A stretch of 64,000 bases of DNA, taken from the NCBI GenBank assembly GCA_965214755.1, contig OZ243979.1:3669022-3733021 (forward strand), written 5' to 3'. Shown here in pieces: positions 17,631 through 26,600 of the stretch. The position numbers and the translations under genes are program-made. Under the pieces are notes generated by a model. The model was not told the DNA's origin. It made no database searches and saw only the letters and a list, made by a program, of their open reading frames with translations. Positions within the stretch are counted from its first letter, which is position 1, and each line of letters begins with the position of its first letter. This stretch comes from an uncultured Candidatus Binatia bacterium (GTDB lineage Bacteria; Desulfobacterota; Binatia; Bin18).

Positions 17631-17657
17631 CGTGGACGGTGGTGTCCTAATAGCTGG

Positions 17658-20600
17658 ATGGTGGAAATGAGCCTGACGAGTCTTTTGATCGCTAATCGAG
17701 GGGAAATCGCTATCCGTGTCGCCCGCGCGGCGGCTGAACTCGGCATACGGACCGTTGCTATTTTCTCTGAAGATGATGCGCAGTCACTCCATACCCAAAA
17801 GACGGATGAAGCTCTGCCGCTCCAAGGCCGGGGTGCCGCGGCCTACCTCGATATCGAGCAGATCCTTGCGCTGGCCGAACAGGCGGGCTGCGATGCAATT
17901 CATCCCGGCTATGGGTTTCTGAGCGAAAACGCAGAGTTCGCCAGGCGCTGTGCCGAGGCTGGGATGACGTTTGTCGGACCCCAGGTCGAAACGCTGGCGC
18001 TGTTTGGTGACAAAGGACAGGCTAGAACGCTGGCCGAAAGATGCGAGGTGCCGGTCCTGCCCGGGACGTCCGGTCCGACGAGCGTCGACGAGGCCCAAGA
18101 GTTCCTGACTTCCTTGGGTGCCGACGGAGCTGTGATGATTAAAGCCCTGGCTGGTGGGGGCGGCCGCGGTATGCGGGCGGTGCAGGCGGGCGATGACCTT
18201 GAAGCGGCCTACGCGCGGTGTCAGTCCGAAGCAACTGCAGCGTTTGGCAACGGCGATGTGTATGTCGAGCAACTCATTCCCCGCGCGCGGCATATTGAGG
18301 TCCAGGTCGTCGGTGACGGGTCTGGCGCGGTCAGTCATCTTGGTGAGCGTGAGTGCAGCATCCAGCGCCGCAACCAGAAGCTGGTGGAACTCGCTCCGTC
18401 GCCCGGGCTGTCGTCTGCGCTCAGAGCGCGCTTGACCACCGCTGCGGTTCGACTTGCCCGGGAGGTGTACTACGCCAGCCTGGGTACGTTCGAGTTCCTG
18501 GTTGATGCGGAACATGGGAGCGATAACGCGATATTTGCCTTTATTGAGGCCAATGCGCGGCTACAAGTCGAGCACACCGTCACCGAAGAAGTGACGGGCG
18601 TGGACTTGGTCAAGGCGCAATTACACCTGGCCGGCGGCAGTTCGCTCGCTGACCTGGGACTCACTCAGGAACGTATTCCCGAGCCACGCGGCTTTGCCAT
18701 GCAGGTTCGTATCAATATGGAGACCATAGCGTCTGACGGCGCGCCGCGCCCGTCGGGTGGGACCTTAGCGGCGTTTGAAGTCCCGTCAGGCCCCGGCCTG
18801 CGAACCGATACCTTCGGCTATGTCGGCTATACCACTAGTCCGAGCTTCGATTCCCTGCTGGCCAAATTGGTCGGTTCTTCTCCCTCATCGGATTTCTCCG
18901 ATGTCGTGACCAGGACCTACCGGGCGCTGTGTGAATTCAAGATTGAAGGCGTGGCAACGAATATCCCATTCTTACAGAGCCTCTTACGGCATCCGGCGTT
19001 TGTGAAGAACCAGCTCTATACCCGCTTTGTCGAAGACCACAGTGCGGAGCTGATTCGGGCGGATCATCATCAACGCTTCTTTTTTCACACCGACCAGACC
19101 CAGCCAGAAGCTCCAGCGCTGGCTGGTGTGAAAGTGGATAGTATTGATCCTTTGGCCGTGCTTGAGCACGGCAGGTCTGCGGACCCGACAGCTACCGTTG
19201 CCATGACTCCGGTCGGACATGCACCCGAGGTGAGCGGTCCTGACGGGACCGTCGCCGTTCCGGCTCCTCTTCAGGGAACTATTGTCAGCCTTGACGTGAG
19301 TGAAGGCGACGAGGTGCATGTCGGCCAGCAGCTCCTCATCATGGAGTCCATGAAAATGGAACACGTGATCTCGACGGAAACGAGCGGCATTATCCGCCAA
19401 CTGACCGTCAGTCAGGGAGACGCGGTTTTTGAAGGCCACCCGCTTGCCTTTATTGAAGAGATCGAGGTGGAGATGACGGCAGTCGAAAAAGCGGCCGAGC
19501 TTGACCTCGACTATATCCGTCCGGACCTGGCTGAGATCGTTGAGCGGCATGAACTGGGCATGGACGCCGCTCGGCCCGAGGCGGTTGCGCGGCGGCGGAA
19601 GACCGGCCAACGCACGGCGCGTGAGAACATCTACGATATCTGTGACCCCGATAGCTATGTCGAGTACGGGCCCATGGTCATTGCGGCCCAACGGCAGCGG
19701 CGCTCGTTGGACGATTTAATCCGCCGCACCCCGGCAGACGGCATGATCGCCGGGGTCGGGAGTGTCAATGGCGATCTGTTTGATGAAAAAGCGGCTCAGT
19801 GTATCGTCATCTCCTACGATTACACTGTGCTGGCCGGGACACAAGGCTTTAAGAATCACTATAAAAAAGATCGTATGTTTGAGCTGGCCGAGCGCTGGAA
19901 GCTGCCGGTTGTCTTCTTTGCCGAAGGCGGCGGTGGTCGTCCGGGTGACACCGACTGGTCAAGTCCCTCCGGACTGGACGTGCCGGCCTTTTACCTGTGG
20001 GGCAAGCTCAGCGGCATGGTGCCCCTGGTCGGCATTACCTCAGGCCGGTGCTTTGCCGGCAATGCCGTGATTCTGGGCTGCTGTGATGTGATTATCGCGA
20101 CCGCAGGATCGAATATCGGCATGGGTGGCCCGGCCATGATTGAGGGGGGCGGCCTTGGGGTCTTCCGGCCGGAAGAGGTCGGGCCGATGGAAGAACAGGT
20201 GCCGAACGGCGTAGTGGATATCCCGGTCACAGACGAAGCCGAAGCAGTCCAGGTGGCGAAGCAATATCTCTCCTATTTTCAAGGACCAGTCGCCGAGTGG
20301 AACTGTGCCGACCAACGCCTGTTGCGTTATATCGTGCCGGAGAACCGCTTGCGCATTTATGAAGTCCGCGATGTGATCGAGATCCTGGCCGACACCGGTT
20401 CTGTGCTGGAAATCCGCAAGCATTTTGGTATCGGCATGGTCACCTCCTTTGTGCGGATTGAAGGCCGCCCGGTTGGGGTGATTGCCAACAACCCCAAACA
20501 TCTGGGCGGAGCCATTGATTCTGATGCGGCGGACAAAGCCACGCGGTTCATGCAGTTGTGTGACGCGTTTGACATTCCCATTCTCATGCTGTGCGACACT

Positions 20601-21071
20601 CCGGGTAATATGGTTGGCCCCGAGTACGAAAAGACCGCTCTGGTGCGTCACTGCTGTCGCATGTTTGTGACCGGTGCGAGCCTGACCGTGCCGTTCTTCA
20701 CCATCGTGTTGCGAAAATCGTATGGACTCGGCGCGCAGGGGATGGCCGGGGGGAGCTTCAAAGCCCCGGCTTTTGCGGTGTCCTGGCCAACGGGTGAGTT
20801 CGGGGGCATGGGGCTGGAGGGCGCGGTGAAGCTGGGTTACCGCAAGGAGTTGGAGGCGGAGACGGCCCCGTATAAGCGCAAGGAACTCTACGAACAACTC
20901 GTTGCCAAGATGTATGAAAGCGGCAAGGCGCTCAGCACCGCAACTTATTTTGAAATTGATGACGTAATTGATCCTGCCGAGTCTCGACGCTGGATTATGG
21001 CCGCCCTGCGCTCCTCGCCTCCGCCCGTTCCCCGTACGGAGAAAAAACGGCCGTGTATTGATACGTGGTGA
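17658..21071 (+). CDS. Single-chain biotin-dependent acyl-CoA carboxylase (BC-BCCP-carboxyltransferase fusion, LCC-like)
   Basis: 1137 aa; N-terminal BC (LIANRGEIAIRVARAA...), central biotinyl motif IMESMKMEH, C-terminal carboxyltransferase domain (GGGRPGDTD...GITSGRCFAGNAV...). Confidence 0.8.
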   Translation: MVEMSLTSLLIANRGEIAIRVARAAAELGIRTVAIFSEDDAQSLHTQKTDEALPLQGRGAAAYLDIEQILALAEQAGCDAIHPGYGFLSENAEFARRCAEAGMTFVGPQVETLALFGDKGQARTLAERCEVPVLPGTSGPTSVDEAQEFLTSLGADGAVMIKALAGGGGRGMRAVQAGDDLEAAYARCQSEATAAFGNGDVYVEQLIPRARHIEVQVVGDGSGAVSHLGERECSIQRRNQKLVELAPSPGLSSALRARLTTAAVRLAREVYYASLGTFEFLVDAEHGSDNAIFAFIEANARLQVEHTVTEEVTGVDLVKAQLHLAGGSSLADLGLTQERIPEPRGFAMQVRINMETIASDGAPRPSGGTLAAFEVPSGPGLRTDTFGYVGYTTSPSFDSLLAKLVGSSPSSDFSDVVTRTYRALCEFKIEGVATNIPFLQSLLRHPAFVKNQLYTRFVEDHSAELIRADHHQRFFFHTDQTQPEAPALAGVKVDSIDPLAVLEHGRSADPTATVAMTPVGHAPEVSGPDGTVAVPAPLQGTIVSLDVSEGDEVHVGQQLLIMESMKMEHVISTETSGIIRQLTVSQGDAVFEGHPLAFIEEIEVEMTAVEKAAELDLDYIRPDLAEIVERHELGMDAARPEAVARRRKTGQRTARENIYDICDPDSYVEYGPMVIAAQRQRRSLDDLIRRTPADGMIAGVGSVNGDLFDEKAAQCIVISYDYTVLAGTQGFKNHYKKDRMFELAERWKLPVVFFAEGGGGRPGDTDWSSPSGLDVPAFYLWGKLSGMVPLVGITSGRCFAGNAVILGCCDVIIATAGSNIGMGGPAMIEGGGLGVFRPEEVGPMEEQVPNGVVDIPVTDEAEAVQVAKQYLSYFQGPVAEWNCADQRLLRYIVPENRLRIYEVRDVIEILADTGSVLEIRKHFGIGMVTSFVRIEGRPVGVIANNPKHLGGAIDSDAADKATRFMQLCDAFDIPILMLCDTPGNMVGPEYEKTALVRHCCRMFVTGASLTVPFFTIVLRKSYGLGAQGMAGGSFKAPAFAVSWPTGEFGGMGLEGAVKLGYRKELEAETAPYKRKELYEQLVAKMYESGKALSTATYFEIDDVIDPAESRRWIMAALRSSPPPVPRTEKKRPCIDTW

Positions 21072-21213
21072 TGAGCGCGGGTTACGGCCTGCCCTGTGTA
21101 CACCGGCCGCTCATACGCCGTTTACTATGACCCATCCCGAAGGCGCGCTCCGTGTTGCGGCTTGAGGCAGACCGCCCGCAGAGCCTTGCGCCCATTCTGC
21201 TCTTGGATTGAAG

Positions 21214-21996
21214 CTACCGTCCCACAAAATTTCCAGGTCGCCGCTCAGCTACGGCTTTAATGCCCTCTTTGTGATCTTCCGTTTGCTGGAGTCGGTGCTG
21301 CTCTCGAAACTCGTGATCCGTCGCCGCTTTGATCGCGGCGGCAATGCCGTCTCGCATGGTTGCCCGCACGGACTGCACGGCCAGGGGTGCATTCTCGGCA
21401 ATTTCCTTGGCGAGTTCCAGCGCCGCAGAGCGGATGTTCTCCTTTGTGGTCAGGACCTCGCCCAAGCCCCAGCTATAGGCCTCCTCGCCTCCAATCCTCC
21501 TGCCGGTTTGAAAGATCAGGTTTGCGCGTGGATCACCGATCAGACGGGGTAGGGTATAGGTCAGGCCGAAGCCCGGATGAAAGCCGAGTTTGACAAAGTT
21601 TGCCGCAAATCGTGTTTCCGGGCAGAGCACGCGGAAATCGGGTACCAGTGCGAGTCCAAAGCCGCCCCCAATGGCCGCTCCCTGGATCGCGCCAACAACC
21701 GGCTTTTTGCAGGAAAACAGGCGCACAGCCTGGGCGTAGAGCGGATTGCCCGTTTCAACATCGCGCAGATCACGCTCTGCCTGGCCACTGTGAAAATTTG
21801 CCCCGGCACAAAAATGTTTACCGTCTGCCGCGAGGACGATGGTTCGACAATCCGTTTCTGTATCCAAAGCTTCAAACGCATCAGCCAGGGACTGAATGAG
21901 AGCCGTATCAAAGAAATTGTTTGGCGGCCGTTGAATCTCGGCGGTCGCCACATGATCGGTCAAGCTTACTTCAACATCTCCGTAGCGTGTCTCCAT
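21214..21996 (-). CDS. Enoyl-CoA hydratase/isomerase (crotonase family)
   Basis: IVLAADGKHFCAGANF... crotonase fold. Confidence 0.8.
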   Translation of the reverse strand: METRYGDVEVSLTDHVATAEIQRPPNNFFDTALIQSLADAFEALDTETDCRTIVLAADGKHFCAGANFHSGQAERDLRDVETGNPLYAQAVRLFSCKKPVVGAIQGAAIGGGFGLALVPDFRVLCPETRFAANFVKLGFHPGFGLTYTLPRLIGDPRANLIFQTGRRIGGEEAYSWGLGEVLTTKENIRSAALELAKEIAENAPLAVQSVRATMRDGIAAAIKAATDHEFREQHRLQQTEDHKEGIKAVAERRPGNFVGR

Positions 21997-22153
21997 CGGT
22001 GTGCTCCTTTTACGGTATCAGTCTTACTCTCACAGCAGGGCTGGCGTTGCCCATCGGATATAGCATTATCCGCTCGCTCCCGGTAGCGTTCTCCTTCTTG
22101 CCTTGTCCACTGTCATCTTCTGCACTACATTGCCGTACGCGAGAGGTCTCAGT

Positions 22154-22384
22154 ATGGATACTCAACTGTCCCTTCGTCTGCCCGCCTCACTTGCCAAAAA
22201 GCTCGATGAGGCTGCTCTACGGCTGAAGCGCAAACGCTTCGAGGTCGCCCGCTTGGCCCTGGAACAATTCCTTGAGACGGATATCGAGGTTCGCCCTATC
22301 GAACGCGTGGGTGACCTTTCGGGGAAAGTCGAAAGTGGGATTCCAGACCCTGGCGAACGGCACCGCGATTACCTCCTCCCATAA
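22154..22384 (+). CDS. Ribbon-helix-helix (CopG/Arc-like) protein, orphan
   Basis: MDTQLSLRLPASLAKKLDEAALRLKRKRFEVARLALEQFLE; RHH pattern. Confidence 0.4.
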   Translation: MDTQLSLRLPASLAKKLDEAALRLKRKRFEVARLALEQFLETDIEVRPIERVGDLSGKVESGIPDPGERHRDYLLP

Positions 22385-22396
22385 GAAAGGACATGC

Positions 22397-23296
22397 ATGG
22401 CGGGACAACACATTCTCGGACCGACCTCGCATTACTTCTACTCGCAGCGCCTCAAGCTGCACTATGTTGACTGGGGCAACCCTGACAGACCTCTGCTCGT
22501 CCTGATTCATGGCGGGCGGGATCATTGTCGGAATTGGGACTGGGTCGCTCAGGCCCTGCGCGAAGACTATCACATCGTTGCCCCGGATTTACGCGGACAT
22601 GGCGACTCGGAGTGGGCTCGCGGCAGTGAGTATTCGATGATTGACCACGTTGTCGATATTGCGCAGTTGCTGGCTCAGCTCGACTCGTTTCCGGTCACGT
22701 TGATCGGGCATTCTCTCGGCGGTGGCATCGTGCTCCAGTACGCCGGTGTGTACCCCGAAAAGGTACAGAAGGTCGTATCCATTGAGGGCTGGGGACCCCC
22801 TCCGCAGATGCTCAAAGAGCAGCCGAAAAGCGCGTTTGAGCGGATGCAGCACTGGGTTGATGAAATGCGTGGGTTCGCCGGTCGCCTGCCAAAACGCTAT
22901 CGGACGCTGGAGGAGGCGGTCGAACGCATGCGTGAAGCCAATCCGCCTCTCAGCCCGGAGCAGGCCCACCAGCTGACCTTGTATGGGACCCACCGCAACG
23001 AGGACGGGACCTATACCTGGAAGTTTGATAATTATGTCCGTGCCCGCTCACCGTATCGCTTTAATATGGCGGATGCCCAAGAAATCTGGGGACGTATTAC
23101 CTGCCCGCTCCTCCTCCTTCGAGGCAGCGAATCCTGGGCGGTTGATCTGGAGAAAGATAGTGAGCGCGCCAAGGCATTCCACGATCCCTGTCTGGTGACG
23201 ATCCCCAAGGCCGGCCACTGGGTTCACCATGACCAACTTGAGCACTTCCTGCGGGTGACCACGGAGTTTCTGTTTCAGTCCAAGTCGGCCGGATAG
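22397..23296 (+). CDS. Alpha/beta-fold hydrolase
   Basis: HGGRDH...GHSLGGGI nucleophile elbow. Confidence 0.7.
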   Translation: MAGQHILGPTSHYFYSQRLKLHYVDWGNPDRPLLVLIHGGRDHCRNWDWVAQALREDYHIVAPDLRGHGDSEWARGSEYSMIDHVVDIAQLLAQLDSFPVTLIGHSLGGGIVLQYAGVYPEKVQKVVSIEGWGPPPQMLKEQPKSAFERMQHWVDEMRGFAGRLPKRYRTLEEAVERMREANPPLSPEQAHQLTLYGTHRNEDGTYTWKFDNYVRARSPYRFNMADAQEIWGRITCPLLLLRGSESWAVDLEKDSERAKAFHDPCLVTIPKAGHWVHHDQLEHFLRVTTEFLFQSKSAG

Positions 23297-23316
23297 CTCT
23301 ACCCGGTGAAGCGGAT

Positions 23317-23973
23317 TCAGGACGCCAGGACCACCTCTTCCTGGAGCCAGTTCGACAGGTCGGTCAGGCTGCGAGCATTGATTTCGTGCCCCATATCATA
23401 CTCCCGGTAGGTCACGGGCGCTTTGACATCACGCAGGATTTCGACGGATTGACGGGCGCGGCCCACATCAATCAACTCGTCCTTACTGCCGTGTTGGACC
23501 AGCACGGGAAGCTGCTCGGTTGCCGGCACATCCGGTAATACCGTCAGCATATCTTTCGGCAGCCACGAGCTGAGTGCTGCTAGTCCGGCAAAGCGCTCGG
23601 GCTCGCCCAGGGCCAGGCTATAGGCCATGACCCCGCCTTGACTGAAACCCACCATACATAGTTTCTTGGAATCAACAGGGTAGCGCTGCATTGCTTCGTC
23701 AAGAAAGGTGCGAACGGTCTCGCGCGCAGAGAGAACCGCCTGGACATCGATCGGTCCGCCACTCGTCAGCGGAAACCAGCCATGACCAACCATGTTCGGA
23801 CCGATGGGGACCTGAAGCGGGCCCTGCGGACAGAGGACGAGGAACCGGCCGCGACACAGATGGGGAGATAAGCCCAGGAGGTCAAGCGCATTGGCACCCC
23901 AGCCGTGCAGGGCGAGAATGGTGGGATGTAGGCCTGCGCCTTCGGGTTCAAAAACCGTGTGGATAAGATTCAT
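23317..23973 (-). CDS. Phospholipase/carboxylesterase-family alpha/beta hydrolase
   Basis: LHGWGANALDL...GFSQGGVMA. Confidence 0.65.
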   Translation of the reverse strand: MNLIHTVFEPEGAGLHPTILALHGWGANALDLLGLSPHLCRGRFLVLCPQGPLQVPIGPNMVGHGWFPLTSGGPIDVQAVLSARETVRTFLDEAMQRYPVDSKKLCMVGFSQGGVMAYSLALGEPERFAGLAALSSWLPKDMLTVLPDVPATEQLPVLVQHGSKDELIDVGRARQSVEILRDVKAPVTYREYDMGHEINARSLTDLSNWLQEEVVLAS

Positions 23974-24059
23974 AGTCCCTATCTTGCCATGACTCTTATC
24001 TCTCTGCGAGGGGCAGGAAAAGTGAGATAAAGTCAGGAATACGGCGGACAGGACTTTCC

Positions 24060-25079
24060 TTATTTTTTGGGGACGTGTTTCAGCAGCAGTTGGATGAGCT
24101 GGTCGGCACTAATGCCCTCGGCCTCAGCCTGAAAGTTCAGCAGGCAGCGATGCCGCAGGGCCGATAGCGCAACATCGGTGATGTCCTCAAAACTGACATG
24201 TACCCGCCCGGCGAGCAGGGCGTTGACCTTGGCCCCTAAGGTGAGCGCCTGAGCCCCACGCGGGCTGGGACCATAGCGGAGATACTGCGTGACCTCGGGC
24301 ACCGGAGAATTCGGGCTGCTGGGCGTGGCGGCCTCAATAAGCCGGGCAATATACAAACTCAGCGGAGGAGCCAGCAGGACTTCGCGCACCAGATTTTGCA
24401 TCTCGGTGATGACCGTCGGAGCCGTCTCTGCCGAGAGGACCGGACTGATGCGGTACTGCGTCTCTTTTGTGGTGCGCTCAAGAATTTCGGCCACCTCATC
24501 CGCGCTGGGCGATTCGATAATCAGCTTGAGCAGAAAACGGTCTAGTTGGGCTTCGGGGAGCGGGTAGGTCCCCTCGATCTCAACCGGGTTCTGGGTCGCC
24601 ACAACAAGAAAAGGGGGCGTGAGGGTATGCGTCTCCCCAAAAACCGTAACCTGCTGCTCCTCCATTGCTTCAAGGACAGCCGACTGGGTCTTGGGCGTGG
24701 CACGGTTAATTTCGTCTGCCAGAACGATGTTGGCAAAGACCGGACCGGGCTTGAATTCAAAATAGCGCCGGCCGTCCGCGCCTTCAGACAGGACTTGGGT
24801 CCCAACAATATCAGACGGCATGAGGTCTGGCGTAAACTGAATACGCTTGGCGCTCAGCGCCAGGGCCTGGCTGAGTGACTTGGCCATCAACGTCTTGCCC
24901 AGACCCGGCACGCTTTCAATAAGGACGTGCCCGCCGGCAAAAAAGGCGGTTAAGATCTTCCGCAAGATACTCCGCTGGCCAACGATCACCTGCCCGACCT
25001 CTTCTTCGATGGTCGCAAAGATGTGTCGAAAGCGTTCAACCCGTTGTTCTGAGGATAATGGCGAGGGCGAAGCTGGCAT
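24060..25079 (-). CDS. MoxR-family AAA+ ATPase
   Basis: VIVGQRSILRKILTAFFAGGHVLIESVPGLGKTLMAKSL; alternative upstream start 25106 lies inside repeat copy 9. Confidence 0.8.
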   Translation of the reverse strand: MPASPSPLSSEQRVERFRHIFATIEEEVGQVIVGQRSILRKILTAFFAGGHVLIESVPGLGKTLMAKSLSQALALSAKRIQFTPDLMPSDIVGTQVLSEGADGRRYFEFKPGPVFANIVLADEINRATPKTQSAVLEAMEEQQVTVFGETHTLTPPFLVVATQNPVEIEGTYPLPEAQLDRFLLKLIIESPSADEVAEILERTTKETQYRISPVLSAETAPTVITEMQNLVREVLLAPPLSLYIARLIEAATPSSPNSPVPEVTQYLRYGPSPRGAQALTLGAKVNALLAGRVHVSFEDITDVALSALRHRCLLNFQAEAEGISADQLIQLLLKHVPKK

Positions 25080-25088
25080 GCTGCTCCT

Positions 25089-25143
25089 AAAGAGTAAACG
25101 TGCCAACAGCTATGCATGATACGGACGGCACGTCTACTCTTTC
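25089..25143. repeat. Palindromic repeat element copy 9
   Basis: aaagagtaaacgtgccaacagctatgcatgatacggacggcacgtctactctttctg. Confidence 0.75.
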
Positions 25144-26600
25144 TGTAAAATTGCTTGATATTCGAGCGGAATGCGCTGCTGGGGGGCATTTTTCTCCGGC
25201 GGACGATCAGCGAGCGGGGCGTTGCTATACGGTGTGGACGGGACAGCCGGGCTGGTATTTTCGGTCAATTCCTGGCTGTCCTGTTCCGCCCTGATACCGG
25301 TCGGAATACGAATTTTGACATAGCGGGCAGCCTGCGTCAGAAATCCGCCGGGCCGCTCGCCCGGTTGGTAAAAACGCTCGCCTTTTCCCTGCCCGCCAGA
25401 TTGTCCGGGCTGCTGGCCTGACTGCTCTGGGGCCTGCTGAGGCTGTTTTCTCTCATTGCTCTGCTGCGTGGCGTGACGGCGCTGTTCGTGCCCTGCTTTG
25501 TGCGGATCTACCCCGGAAGGTGGCTGCTGGGCGTCCGGTTGTTGGCCTGGTTGCGGTGTTTGTTGTTGCTGACCGGAGGTATTCTGTTGGGCCTGTTGCT
25601 TGCCTTTTTGTTCTTGAGACTGGGGCTGGTCAAATTTGATGCCGCCGCCGGATTCCTGGGGAGCGCTTTGGTGCTGTGACTGTTGCTTGTCTGATTGATC
25701 CGTCTGGTTTGTATTTTGCGCGCCCGGCTGCGTCTTGTCTCTCTGAGCAGACAGCGACTGCTTGAGGTGCTCCAGATTTTCATGTGTTTTCGCTAGCGGC
25801 GTATGCTCCGGCTGCGGGCTGTCGCCCTGGTTGCCCGGACTATCGTTTTGCTTGCTGTCGCTCCCGAAGAGCTTGGGATCAAGCGGAAGAATCTGCGGCA
25901 TTGGCAGCGGCAGATTCATGCGTTTTTGCGCCTCATCAATCAGGCGCATCTTCTCCTGGGGAGTCAGCGCTGGATTCTTGAGCTCCTGAGAGAGTACGAG
26001 GAGTTGGGCTCCGACTTGCTGTTCTTCAGGAGAAGACTGTGAGCGGATTAACTGCCGGGCCATGTCTTCAATATCCCGGAGCAGGGTTTCAGGCGTCGGC
26101 GCAACAGGTGAGGGGCGGCTTGGAGCCAGGGCTGCGCTGCCGGATGGTAAAAACACGAAGAGCAGACCACTCAGGACGGCACCGACGCACGCAAAAGGAA
26201 CACGCCTGTCGAGTTGGAAAGGTAGGTCTCGATCAGGAACGAAGAAGGCTGCCTTCCGAGCGGCTTCGCTCCGAACCTGGGCCACGAAGTCTGAGGAAGA
26301 GGGCAGGGTCGCCAGGGTGAGAAAACGCTCTTGGCCATCCGTCTTCTCGTCTAGCAGGCTTGCAATGTTCTCGTCTTGGCACCCCTTTTTTCCCTGTCTG
26401 AGGGATTTGAGTAGAAAGCTGAAGACGACGACGGATGGAAGAAAGGAAAATCCAATGGGTAGCGCATATGCCAGGATCAGACGGTACCCCAGGAAAAAAA
26501 CAGCAATCCCCAGGGGTAGAAAAAATCCGAGGGCATTGGCGCTCCGCTGCCACAATACCCGGCGGGCCGTAGTCGTGAACAGGTGAGACAAGCTATCCAT
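25134..26600 (-). CDS. Membrane protein with a long Gln/Pro-rich low-complexity C-terminal region (MoxR partner?)
   Basis: Start MDSLSHLF at 26600 (ATGgaTAG overlap with the mltG stop); TM helices then a Q/P-rich segment; the longer ORF-track start 26924 overlaps mltG and is rejected. Confidence 0.5.
   Translation of the reverse strand: MDSLSHLFTTTARRVLWQRSANALGFFLPLGIAVFFLGYRLILAYALPIGFSFLPSVVVFSFLLKSLRQGKKGCQDENIASLLDEKTDGQERFLTLATLPSSSDFVAQVRSEAARKAAFFVPDRDLPFQLDRRVPFACVGAVLSGLLFVFLPSGSAALAPSRPSPVAPTPETLLRDIEDMARQLIRSQSSPEEQQVGAQLLVLSQELKNPALTPQEKMRLIDEAQKRMNLPLPMPQILPLDPKLFGSDSKQNDSPGNQGDSPQPEHTPLAKTHENLEHLKQSLSAQRDKTQPGAQNTNQTDQSDKQQSQHQSAPQESGGGIKFDQPQSQEQKGKQQAQQNTSGQQQQTPQPGQQPDAQQPPSGVDPHKAGHEQRRHATQQSNERKQPQQAPEQSGQQPGQSGGQGKGERFYQPGERPGGFLTQAARYVKIRIPTGIRAEQDSQELTENTSPAVPSTPYSNAPLADRPPEKNAPQQRIPLEYQAILQKE

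Noticed and set aside
20040-20897. 285-aa minus-strand ORF inside the single-chain carboxylase
   Set aside because: Antisense to a conserved carboxyltransferase domain.
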